Shown in pieces: positions 1 through 10,400 of a stretch of DNA of 64,000 bases. Origin of the DNA: Elusimicrobiota bacterium (lineage in GTDB: Bacteria; Elusimicrobiota; Elusimicrobia; UBA1565; UBA9628); NCBI GenBank assembly GCA_016191335.1, contig JACPOW010000076.1, positions 24-64,023 of the forward strand, in the 5' to 3' direction. The notes beneath the pieces were generated by a model that was not told the origin of the DNA, made no database searches, and saw only the letters and a list, made by a program, of their open reading frames with translations. The number at the start of each line of letters is the position of its first letter. The first letter of the stretch is position 1. A program made the translations under genes and the position numbers.

Positions 1-3000
1 GGCGAGCTGGGCGCCGATCGAGACGAAAAGCCTGCTGCCGACGATCTCGACGGATTCGCCCGCGCCGCCGCTGTTGGCGGGGGTGAGCTGAAGGGCGGCC
101 GCGCGGACCGGCTGGGCGGGATCGCGCAGGTCGTAAACGGAGAGCGTTTCACCTTCCGTGTAATAGGCGTAGCCGCCGCGCAGCCGGACGGACTTGCCGT
201 TGCCTGGGCCCGTGAAGGTGGCGTTCTCGGAAGCCAGGACGAGGCCGGGGTTGGCGACGCGATCGGAGAAGGATCTGACGAGCTGGTTCGACGAGTTCCG
301 GATCTCGACGGTGGCGGTCACTGGCTCGTCGGCGCGGTACTCGAACGTCAGCTCGTCCAGGTTCGGCGTGAAGGCGCCGGGGCGGGCGATCAGACCGGCA
401 AGGCCCGGGGGTGTGCCCGTGGGGCCCGTGATGCCGAACAGGGAGGCGAGCAAGGACACCTCGACGGTGATCTCGTTGGCCGCCTCGTCGCGCGACAGGA
501 CGGGCACGGGGGTCCACTGCGAGCCGCTCCACTTGCGCAGGACGAGGCCGCTCTCGGCGAGGCCGAGGGTGTCCTCGATGCCGTCGTTGTTCTCGTCCAG
601 CCAGCGCATCGTGAAGCGCGCGGGCGGGTCGAACGCGGTCCCCTCCGGCAGGACGTCGAACACCCCTCCCACCAGCGCCAGCTTCGCCGTCGTCAGCGCC
701 GTCCGCGCGTCCAGGGGCAGGTCGGCGTAGGCGACCGCCGTTGCGGTCAAGGTCGAGGCCTGGGGCGCCTCGATGCGGATGGTGGTCGTCGTCAAGGCGA
801 GACTGCCGAACGCGATCTCCTCGTAGGTGCGCGCGGTCGTCATGTTCGAGGCGGCGGAGAAGTTCCCCGCCTCGTCGGCGTAGCGCAGGGCGAAGGTGTA
901 GGTCGCGCCGCGCTCGAGGCCCTCGATCGGCAGGGACCGCGCGGCTCCCGGCTCGGCGGCGGTGGCGATCAGGACCTGATGCTCCATGGACGCGTAGTCG
1001 GCCGTGGCCGACGAGTAGCGCAGGTCGAGCTGGCCGGTCGTGATCGCGCCGGTCGCGCCGTCGTCGCCGGGCGCGGTCCAGGTCAGGACGACGGCGGCGG
1101 CTGTCTGGGTCGAGCCCGCGACCGTCGCGACGAGCCCGGTCACCGCGCCCGGGGCGGTCGAATCGCCCTCGGCGGGAGCCGTCATGAACTGGCCGAGCGT
1201 CGCCACGGGGCTCATGACCAAGGTCTCGGTGTTGCGCGCCACGCCGAACACCGTGTAGGTCGTGCTCGGGGCCAGGCCCGCGAAGGTGAATTCGCGCTCG
1301 AAGCTGTCCTGATAAGGGCTCGAGGAGGCGGCGACGCTGCCGGCCGCCGTGGCGGCGAAGACCTGGTACTCGATGGGTAGGGCGTTGTTCCCCGCCTGCC
1401 AGGCGGCGTGGGCGCTGACCGAGCTGACCGCCGTCAGGACGAGGTCGCGCGGCGGGTAGGGCAAGGCGTAGGCCGTGGCGCCGTTGGAGATCTCGGATAT
1501 CCCCCCGCCGGTGTCCTGCGTCCACAGCGACAGGTAGGTCGTCGCGTTGCCGACGAGACCGCCCAGCGCGTAGGACTCGGCGTCGCCGGGGTCGGTCGAG
1601 GTCGCGAAATTGACCTGGGCGAAGGCCGGAGCGAAAGGGGTGCTGAGGTCGATCTTGTTCTCGATCATGTACCGGCCGCCCAGGATGTGGCCGGTGTAGC
1701 CGTCCTCTCCCGGCGCCGACCACGTCAGGTTCACCGTGCCGCCCTCGGCGGCCGTCGCGGCGACCAGGTCGGTCACGGCACCGGGCGCGGCGTCCAGGGC
1801 GGTGGGGTCGAAATTGACGCTATAAGTAGAAGCGCCGGTGGTCAGGTCGAGTATGTTGAGCCGGTAGTGTACCGTCAGGTCGTCCTTGCGGAAGTGCTTC
1901 GAGATCCAGACGTTCTTGGCTCCCAGCGTGCGCCCGTCCGACGCCCGCGCTGACTGCAGGACCAGTCCGGGCGTCTTGTTGAACGGCACGGAGCTGTGCA
2001 CCCAGATGTTCGAGCTGACGCCCTGCGCGAAAGTCATCGTCAAGGACGCGTTCGAGCCGCCCAAGGTCCCGCTGAGGGTCGAGGGAACCTCGATCACCGC
2101 CAACGGGGTGGGCTGGTCGGACTCCAGGATCAGCTCCGCGTTCGGCTGCTCGCCGGCGTCGAGCATGGCCTGCATCGCGCCGCGGTCCAGCGAGGCGTTC
2201 ACGAGGAAGTCGGGCGTCACGTCGCGTCCCGGCAAGTCCACGAGAACGTCCCGCAGCAAGGTGTAGGTGGTCACGCTCTGTATCAGCGAGGTGAGCTGGC
2301 CGCCCAGCTCGGCGGCGTGGGTGAAGGTCGAGGTGAACTCGATGAACCGCCCGGACAGGCTCGTCGTCATGATCCACGACGCCTGGCCCACTCCCCCGGC
2401 GGCGACGTCGCCGAAGGGCACTAACAGAGTATCCGGGATCGTCGTTCCCCTCACCACGGTGCCGAGCAGTTTGAAGTCCACGGGCAGGGCCTGCTTGTTG
2501 TCGATGATCTTGGGCTGGGCGGACTCGATCTTGAAGTTCTTCGCCGTGCCGTAGCCGATATTGGTCACGCGCACCCCGAGCGGGAAGGGCTCGATCGGCT
2601 CGATGCCGGTTGTTAAGGGCTCGTCGCCGAACACCTCGTAAGGCAGAACGTACTCGAGCTTGAGCGAGGGCTGGGGGTAGACGGTGATGAAGTCGTCGAA
2701 CGTGGTGACCGACTGGGCGGCGCCGGCGGAGGTTCCATTGATGGTCGCCTTGACCGAGTAGCGCTTGCCGCCGGGCAGCATGCCGCCCGCGCCGGTCGAG
2801 GGGATGATGAGCCAGCGGATCTCGGCCGTCGTGCTGGACTGGACGACGCCGGAGCCGTCGATGGCGTTCGTGTTGGTCAAGGTCGCGATCTTGATGAAGA
2901 AGACGTCGTCGGCGGGGTTGCCTTGCTCGTCCTTCACGAAGACGTTCACGCGCAGGTCGGTCAGGGGTGAATCGGGCAGGTTGTTGTTCACCTTCAGGCT

Positions 3001-3159
3001 GGCGTCGAAGGCTTCGCGCTCGAGGGTGGCCTCCTGCAATATCTCGAGCTTGACCTCGGCGCAGAAGGTGGTGAGCGCGCTCGCGACGGGCGCGGCGAGC
3101 CCTAGCGCGAGGATCGCGCCGAGCGTCGCGGCAAGCCGTCGGGAGAGGCTCTTCTTCAT
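1..3159 (-). CDS. Large secreted/cell-surface repeat protein, C-terminus beyond the left window edge (signal peptide, FN3-like modules, FlgD-Ig-like segment)
   Basis: Absent from the ORF track because its stop lies outside the window. My reverse-strand translation from ATG 3159..3157 reads MKKSLSRRLAATLGAILALGLAAPVASA... and stays open to position 1 (1053 codons). I spot-checked the frame at 1..60, 1801..1860 and 2401..2460. It contains repeated modules such as APGAVTDLVA..TVNLTWSAPGEDG and APGAVTGLVA..VVLTWTAPGDDG (FN3-like). Its start shares one nt with the rhodanese stop (TGATG). Confidence 0.75.
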   Translation of the reverse strand, partial: MKKSLSRRLAATLGAILALGLAAPVASALTTFCAEVKLEILQEATLEREAFDASLKVNNNLPDSPLTDLRVNVFVKDEQGNPADDVFFIKIATLTNTNAIDGSGVVQSSTTAEIRWLIIPSTGAGGMLPGGKRYSVKATINGTSAGAAQSVTTFDDFITVYPQPSLKLEYVLPYEVFGDEPLTTGIEPIEPFPLGVRVTNIGYGTAKNFKIESAQPKIIDNKQALPVDFKLLGTVVRGTTIPDTLLVPFGDVAAGGVGQASWIMTTSLSGRFIEFTSTFTHAAELGGQLTSLIQSVTTYTLLRDVLVDLPGRDVTPDFLVNASLDRGAMQAMLDAGEQPNAELILESDQPTPLAVIEVPSTLSGTLGGSNASLTMTFAQGVSSNIWVHSSVPFNKTPGLVLQSARASDGRTLGAKNVWISKHFRKDDLTVHYRLNILDLTTGASTYSVNFDPTALDAAPGAVTDLVAATAAEGGTVNLTWSAPGEDGYTGHILGGRYMIENKIDLSTPFAPAFAQVNFATSTDPGDAESYALGGLVGNATTYLSLWTQDTGGGISEISNGATAYALPYPPRDLVLTAVSSVSAHAAWQAGNNALPIEYQVFAATAAGSVAASSSPYQDSFEREFTFAGLAPSTTYTVFGVARNTETLVMSPVATLGQFMTAPAEGDSTAPGAVTGLVATVAGSTQTAAAVVLTWTAPGDDGATGAITTGQLDLRYSSATADYASMEHQVLIATAAEPGAARSLPIEGLERGATYTFALRYADEAGNFSAASNMTTARTYEEIAFGSLALTTTTIRIEAPQASTLTATAVAYADLPLDARTALTTAKLALVGGVFDVLPEGTAFDPPARFTMRWLDENNDGIEDTLGLAESGLVLRKWSGSQWTPVPVLSRDEAANEITVEVSLLASLFGITGPTGTPPGLAGLIARPGAFTPNLDELTFEYRADEPVTATVEIRNSSNQLVRSFSDRVANPGLVLASENATFTGPGNGKSVRLRGGYAYYTEGETLSVYDLRDPAQPVRAAALQLTPANSGGAGESVEIVGSRLFVSIGAQLA

Positions 3160-3857
3160 CAATTCATCTCAAGCGGGTACTTCTTCTTGGTCCAGCCCAT
3201 GAGGCCGCCGGGCATTTCGTAGACCTTGTGGCCGTCCTCTAACAGCAGAACGGCGGCTTGACGGCTGCGGATCGAGGTGCGGTCGTAGACGAGGACGTCC
3301 CGGTCCTTCGGGAGGGCCGCCGCCTGGGTGGACATTCCTTCTAAAGGAAGGTTCTTGGCGCCTTTCAGGTGGCCCGCCGCGAATTCCGCCGCTGGGCGAA
3401 CGTCGAGGACGGTCAGGTCGCCCTTCTCCAGGCGTTCTTTGACGGCCTCTAGGGGCAGGCGGCCGGGGCGGGGCTTGTCGGCCTGCTTCGGGATGACGAC
3501 GGGGTAGCCTTTTTGGGCCCAGACGGCGAAGCCTTCGGCGAGGATGGAGACTTTGGGGTAGCCGAGGCCGGCGAGGCGTTCGGCGGCGCGGTCGCTCATG
3601 GGGCAGGGGTCTTCGGTGCAGTAGACGATGACGTGGTGTTCGCGGGGCCAGACGCCGGTGCCGATTTCGCCTTGGGGGACGTTGCGGGCGTTTTGGATGT
3701 GGCCTTTTGCGAAGTCGGAGGGCATGCGGACGTCGACGAGCTCGAAGGCGGCCTTGTTTAATTGCAAAGCCCGCAACTCGTCATGCCCTATGCGCGGGGT
3801 CGCCGCGTGCGCGGGTGCGCTCGTAATCCCAATCAATATTACCAGAGTTAATTTCAT
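3159..3857 (-). CDS. Periplasmic tandem rhodanese-domain protein (sulfurtransferase-like)
   Basis: 232-aa ORF with a signal-like N-terminus MKLTLVILIGITSAPAHA and two rhodanese-like halves. The first has a Cys loop (VIVYCTEDPCPMSDRAA). The second (VLVYDRTSIRSRQAA) has no Cys and is probably non-catalytic. Confidence 0.85.
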   Translation of the reverse strand: MKLTLVILIGITSAPAHAATPRIGHDELRALQLNKAAFELVDVRMPSDFAKGHIQNARNVPQGEIGTGVWPREHHVIVYCTEDPCPMSDRAAERLAGLGYPKVSILAEGFAVWAQKGYPVVIPKQADKPRPGRLPLEAVKERLEKGDLTVLDVRPAAEFAAGHLKGAKNLPLEGMSTQAAALPKDRDVLVYDRTSIRSRQAAVLLLEDGHKVYEMPGGLMGWTKKKYPLEMN

Positions 3858-4037
3858 TTCTTCACCCGTTCAGCGTTTTTAATCCGCAGTTCGTCATGTT
3901 CTGGTTTTGTATGGAGACGTCAACCCAGGCGATCAAAACGGGCAGGGGCGTCCGGCGCGCGAAGTCCGCGCTTGGAGCCATGGCGATTCGGTCGAGCCAG
4001 TACAGTTTCCTCGTTTTCATAGCTGTCTCTGCCTTTC

Positions 4038-4484
4038 TCAATCCTTTTTTTCATGCACAAAACGGGTATCGCCGCCAATGTATTGGCGCTGGGACCAAAA
4101 ACGACGCCTCGCAGCATAAGTGAGGATGCCTGGGGTGTCAAAGGAGTTGCTAAGCGCCCCATCACCATTTGTAATGCCTAACCCATTTTTCATGATGATA
4201 ACGCCGTATCTTGAATCGTATTCCCATGTCCCGCTGCTTCTAAGAATTCGATTTTGGGAAACAATCTCAGCCTCTTGAGTGAATGTCCGATCTGCAGCCA
4301 CGACAAAAGTATTCATTCCAAATGAATACTTCGCGACATATGTTCCTGGAATAGATTCTTCCGTTAGCGTCACGCGCCTTAATATCTGGTTTCCTGATTC
4401 CTCAAGTCCGCCCATTTTAAACCACACCACCACAATGACCACAATTAAAAGCCCGAATAGCACTAATCCTGATTTCTTCGGCAT
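4038..4484 (-). CDS. Candidate Rhs immunity protein, N-terminally membrane-anchored
   Basis: The ATG at 4484..4482 lies 2 nt after the Rhs TAG (4489..4487; reverse strand reads TAG AG ATG). I prefer this start to the track start 4538, which would overlap the toxin. It encodes 148 aa, MPKKSGLVLFGLLIVVIVVVWFKMGG..., with one N-terminal hydrophobic helix followed by a beta-rich soluble part. A 450-nt ORF in roughly 40% G+C DNA is unlikely by chance. The position immediately 3' of the toxin tip is typical of polymorphic-toxin immunity genes. Confidence 0.6.
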   Translation of the reverse strand: MPKKSGLVLFGLLIVVIVVVWFKMGGLEESGNQILRRVTLTEESIPGTYVAKYSFGMNTFVVAADRTFTQEAEIVSQNRILRSSGTWEYDSRYGVIIMKNGLGITNGDGALSNSFDTPGILTYAARRRFWSQRQYIGGDTRFVHEKKD

Positions 4485-4486
4485 CT

Positions 4487-7400
4487 CTAGTCGCACTGTT
4501 TTTTTCCTGGTTTCTTGTCTGGAATTTTTTCCGTCCATTTGAACTCTTGATATATATTCCGCATTGGCCCAATTGAGAACGGGCTGTTGGGTACTGCATG
4601 GAAGAAGAAGGAATTCATTCCGGCGGTGTTCGGAATCGTATATGTAACTGTTCCATCGCCGTTGTTTATGGCCGAGGCATTCGCAAACCCGCCGACCTGA
4701 GCTGCCGTGCTCCCCCAGTCTGAAGTGCTCGAATTCGTCAAGTTGTCCGCCTGCGCCAGGAAAGAATCATATTCAATACCCTTCTTAGACGTATTTCCTC
4801 CAGCCATAAATTGTTGTCTGAGATAATTTGCCGCCGGGGAACGCATCATTTCCTGCGTTTCGACGCTATTCTGATCGTAGTATCGGTAACGCTTTCCCAA
4901 TCCATATCTCCATTCAATAAAAAACCTGAGATTCGTCCATGGCGTTAATCCTAATGGGTCTGCAAGAAGAATCGGATTATTGTCCACATACACATACTGA
5001 TTGATGCTGCTGATTGGATCTTCCTGTAGGAACCTCCCAATATCCTGATAGTAATGCCTCGCCCTATAGAAGTACAGCCCTGTTTCCGTGTCGTACTCGC
5101 GCGAGGTGTACATGAACGGGTTTCCCACTTGTGACTGTGCGTAGATGCCGCTTCCCGTATCCTTGACCAATGTTCGCCCGAACGCCTGGTACTCGTAGAT
5201 TTCGACGGTATTTGCGCTTGAGTCCGTCAGCCCGTTGACGTTGCCTAAGGCGTCCGCGTGGTAGAAATAGTCAGTCATGTTTCGGCGAACAATCAGAGGG
5301 GAGTCGATGCCCGAACCGTGGGTGAACAGCGCGATTAAGTTGTTGTTGCCGTCTAATGTCGCCAAAACATCTTGGCCATCGTAGACATAGCGGGTTATGT
5401 TGCCGCCCGCGTTCTTCTCGACACGCCGCCCTGCCGGGTCGTACTTGTAACTCGCGATCGTGTAGGTTGAGGCATTGACCTGCACAAGCCGGTTGGCGCT
5501 GTCGTAGACGAAGGTCGTCGTGTGGCCGTTGCTTTGGTCCGTATTCGAGGCCATGTTGCCGTTGGCGTCGCTCGTATAAGTAAAGCTCGAGTCCGAGACG
5601 ATGCGGTTGGCGTTGTTGTAGCTGTAGCCACTGCGCTCCACGTCGGCGGTGCGATTGCCTACGGCATCATAGCTGAAGGTCTCGGCCTTGACCGGTAGGC
5701 TCGACATGGCCGGGTGGTTTGCCCCAGTCAGGCGGTTTAGCTGGTCGTAGGCGTAAGTGTGGCTGCCGCTAGCGTCAGTCATACCAGTTCGGTTGCCCGA
5801 GGCGTCGTAGCTGTAGTTGTTGAAGGCGATGGCTGTTTGATCGGCCGTCTTCTGATGCAGCACCTGAGATATCTGCCCGGCCGCATCGTAGGCGTAGCTC
5901 GTCCTGGTGCCGTTGGGGTAGTTCATTTGGGTGCGGCGACCCAGGGCGTCGTAAGTGAAGGTAACAATCTGCCCGAAGGGATTGGTGATACGCGTGACCC
6001 GGTCGAGGCTGTCGTAGGTATAGTTGAAGATTCCCCACGGCGTGGCCATGCTCGTACGGTTGCCGTTTGCGTCGTAACCGTAGCCGATCACGGCGCTGTG
6101 CCCGTTGGGTAGAGTCTGCACGATCTCGGTCACGCGATCGACGGCGTCGTAGCTCAGCACCAGGATCGTGCCGTTGTAACCGGAGGCCGTGAGCATGCGG
6201 CCCACGGCGTCATAGGTCATGGTGATGTTCCCCTCGGGGACGGACATTTGGATCAGACGGTCGAGCGTATCGTAGGTGAAATTGATGATCTGGTTGTTGC
6301 GGGTAGTGACGCTTTCAGGCCTGCTCTTGTCGTCGTAGCTGATCGAGGCGGCCTGATTGAGCGCGTTGACCGCGCTGGTCACACGAGCATTGGCGTCGTA
6401 GTTGAGCGTCGTAATATGGTTTTTCGCGTCCTTGACCGTCTTAGGCAACCGCCCCTCGCGGCCGTCATCGTACGTCACGACCGTCACGCCATTCTCAGCG
6501 TCGGTCACCTGCGTGACATTGTCCACGGCGTCATAAGCCATCGAAGTCTGCTTGTTGGCGGGGTCCTTGAAAGCCGTGGCGCGGCTCAGGTTGTCCCGAG
6601 TGGTCGTCGCGGTCCTTCCCAGTGGGTCGGTGACGCTCGTCAGTGCCCCGTTGCTGTTGTACGCCATGCTCGTCACATTGCCGAGTGCGTCCTTCATTCC
6701 CACCACATGCCCGAACGAGTCATAGCTCATGCGCGTCGAGTTGTTCTGTGCGTCCGTTATCTGAATCAAATTGCGCTTATCGTCATACCCCATGCTCGTC
6801 AGATTGTTTTTCGCGTCATAGACGCTGGTCAGGAAGTTCCCCCTTTCGTACGTCATCATCCGCCTGTGACCCAGTGCGTCGGTGCGAGCCTGATTGGCAA
6901 GGCTGCCGTCCGCGTTGTAGTTGGTCTGAATCTGCGTCCTGCGCCCGAGAGGATCGGTTATCTCGCGCGGATTCAGCTCTTCGTCGTAGAGAATGGTTGT
7001 CACGTTATCGGCGGGATCGATGATCTTGCTGAAGCGCTTGAGCCCGTTGTTCTCGATGGTCTCGTACTTCGTCGTATGCCCCAGGGCGTCCGTGACCGTG
7101 GCGCTCGAGCCGAATGACGCATACTGAACCCGGTTGACGCCCCCGTCCTCATTGGTCTCGATGACCTTGCCCGAAGCGTCGTAGACGAAATTCGTATGAC
7201 CGCCGTTAGGATAGGTGATCTGCGTCATCCGGTCCTGGGCGTCATAGGCGTAGGCCGTCTCATCGCCAATCGGGTCGCGCATCAAGATGCGGCGGCCCTG
7301 CGGATCGTACTCGAAGGCCGTGACGCGCCCCGCCCAGTCGGTGGCGCTGGTCAACCGGTCACCCGCGTAGGCGAGGTTGATGTAGCGGCCGTGGCTGTCC

Positions 7401-10400
7401 TCGATCCGGTCGACTCGCCCATCGTTGCTGCGCACATAACGGATAACGCTGCCGTTGCGGTCGGCGTACTGCGTCAGACGGTAGGCGCCAGTCGAGTTGT
7501 AGTATTCATAGGACTCCACCTCGCCCTGAGCCGTTGTGACAACGTAAGTCGGCGCCACCATGCCGCTGCCGCCGCATGAAGCAGGCCGAGGGTCCGGGCC
7601 GGGACAGATTGATAGATTTCCCCCGAGCACGACGCCTCCCGAGCCGCAACCCCCGCCGCTGCTCTCGGACCACTGGACGCCGTGATGCTCCCTGAAGCGG
7701 ACCAAGCCGCTGCACGGCACCGGCGGGGAATCTTTGGGCTTGGATATGTTTCGGTCCACGTTCACCGGGCGGGCGAACAGCGGTCCGTCGCCGTTGAGCG
7801 GCTGGAGAAGGTCGCCGATCGGGGCGTAGACCGTGTTGCTGCCGTCCGGGCCCAGCACCCCATACGTGCCGTCGGGGTTGATCCGGATATCGTAGCCGAA
7901 GTCGGCGGCCCAGCCCACGCCGTATTCTCCGCCCGAGCCATTGCCCAGATAGCGGAAGTCGAGCCCGATGCCGGGAGAGCCGCAGTTTTTCTTGAAAGCG
8001 GATTTGACGAAGTTCACAGCTCCTCTGAGGATGTCCACCAAGGCACTGGGATTGAGCGGCGGCATCGAGAGGCCCTTGTGCCCGGTCTTCGGCCCAACGG
8101 AGCACTGCGAACCGCTCTGCACTCCCGGGGTCGCCGCCGCGATGGCGACAGCCGGAGCCGCGAATGAAACACCGCCTCCGCCGCCGCCGCCCCCGCCCCC
8201 TCCGCCGCCGCTGCAGTTCATGCCGTCCAAGTTGCCCAACAGGAAGCTCAACCCGGGATAAGACCGCTCCTCCTCGTTGCCCGCCGCGCACTCGCTCGTG
8301 CCCACGACCGTCGACTGAGCCCCCTCGCAGCTCGCATGGACGAGGTAGAGCTTGACCGGCACCACCACGGACTGCCCCGGCAGGATCTCCGGGATCTCCG
8401 TGAACGGCAAAGTGACCTGCACCGCCGCGGACCCCGCGAAGTTGACCTTGACCTTGGTCGCCTTGATGAGCCCCCGGTTCGTGATCGTGAACTGGCTATA
8501 AGCGGTCTGCCCGCCCACCATCTTGATGTCGATGAGCGGCGGATCCGTCACGAGCACCGGCGCCGGCACGTCGGTCTTGAAGGTCGCCTGAAGCGCGATC
8601 GTGTACTTGTCCTGGATCGTGGTCGGCGTGACTTTCCATTCGTAGGTGACGACCGACGTGACTAATATCGCCTCGACCACGTTGGAAACGCCCGGCTCGA
8701 TGACGACGGTCCCCGACTTGGCCTGGAACCCCGACGACTCCGCCCGCCAAACGTAGTTGCCCGAGGGTATGTCGGAGAAGCTCGCCACGCCGTTGAGGTC
8801 GGCGGAGACCTTGAAGGTGATGCCCGAGACGTCGAGGCTGATGAGGGTGACGTCCGCGCCCGGTATGCCCTCGCCCTGACCTTGAGCGGTGCGCGGCTTG
8901 TCCGCGTTGATGACGCTGACCAAGGCCCCGCCCTTGCGCGTGGAGGTCACGGCCACCGAGCCCAGGATCGGCAGGGCCGGCATGTTGGCCGAGAGGACCT
9001 GGAGCAGCGGGTTGGGGTTGTAGGTCTGGTTCGGTTGGGAAATGGAAGGAGCGATGGCCAAGGTCACCGAGACGTTGCCCCCGGGCGGTATGTCGCCCAG
9101 ATGAGGCGGGCCCTGTATGGTGACGAAGGAGAGCGACGGAGTGGAGAGCTCCAGGTCGCGCCAGGTGTCGAAGCCCTGGTTGCGCAGGACGATGGTCTGC
9201 AGGCGCGTCTCCCCGCCCAGGACGCCGACCAGGAACTGCTGCGGCTCGGCAGCGGGGATGACGACCGCGGGCGAGACGGAGGCGACGACGGGCATGGTGC
9301 GGAAGTAGCCGTGCTGCTCGGTCGCGATCACGTTGACCGTGCCGCTCGAGGCGGTGGGCGAGGCGGAGATGATGACCCCGATCGGCGTCTCGGCGCCCGC
9401 GGCGAGCGAGACCGGGACGTTGTCGAGGACGACGCTCAGGCCCGTGCCCGACTCGGTCGGGGTCGTGATCGCGATCCCGGTCAAAGCCTCGGAGCCTATG
9501 TTCTTGAGGATGGTCTCGAAGCGGAAGGAGCTGTTCTGGGCGAGGGCCACCTTATAGCTCGTGTAGTTGTAGCTGAAGCCCACGATGGTGAAGGTGGACT
9601 GAGCCGAGCCGGCGATGGCCGAGGGATGGAAGGCGGAGACGGAGTACAGGCCCGCCTCGTTGGGGAGCGGGTTGAAGACCGTGGTGAAGGCGCCGGAGCT
9701 GTTCGTGACCGCGGTGAGGCGCCGGTCGTAACCCTCGGAGAGGATGCGCACCGCGACCAAAGAGTTCGCGACGGTGGAGCCGGTCGCGTCGAAGGCCGTG
9801 CCGGACAAGGTCACGCTCGAGCCCTGGTCGTAGAAGGCGAATTGAGGAGCGACCAAAGCGCGGTACGGAAGCTGCTGGGTCACGGCCTGGGACACCGCGC
9901 TCGTGAAGCCGCGGCGCCCGGGGATGCGCACGAAGCCCAAGTCGTAGGTGGGCGTGCTCACCGCCGCCTCGATGGAGAGGCTGCCGGGAGCGGAGCCCGG
10001 CACGGGGACGAGCACCGGGTCGGTGAGCAAGGAGCCGCCCGGAGGCACGGTCACGAAGAATATCTGCCGCCCCGCGACCAAGGTGATCGCAGCACCCTCG
10101 GTCTGCTTGATCCCGGCCGAGGCGAGGACCGCGCCGTCGGTCGTGCGCAGGCGGACGGTCACGTCGTCGACCGCCGCCGTCGTGGAGTTCGCGATCTGCG
10201 CGGTCACGATGTCCATGGACGCCGAGCCGCGGTTGTAGAGGCGCACGCGCACGGGGCTCAAGCCCCCCGCCAGCAGGACGTCCGGCAGGGCCTCGATCAG
10301 CGGCTGGACCGGCTCGGCCGCGGTCACGGAGAACAGGCGGGTCAAGGAGACGGCGGAGCCCGGGTCGGTCGGAAGGGCGAGGGTCAGGCGCACCGCGGCG

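Noticed and set aside
149-1723. 524-aa minus-strand ORF (and neighbouring track ORFs 194..730, 1408..1953, 1820..2377, 2765..3202) in the leftmost 3 kb
   Set aside because: Arg/Pro/Gly-rich nonsense-like composition typical of off-frame ORFs in high-G+C DNA. All overlap, in other frames, the coherent edge-truncated ORF (1..3159, minus), which has a signal peptide and repeated FN3-like modules.
3858-4168. Small ORFs (3896..4123 +, 3907..4119 +, 3920..4168 -) considered as a second immunity gene or orphan toxin tip downstream of the Rhs cassette
   Set aside because: They overlap each other and the immunity ORF. They lack hydrophobic or domain-like features, have no DPxGL-type remnant and have no convincing start context. 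The region is more simply the spacer or promoter for the rhodanese gene.
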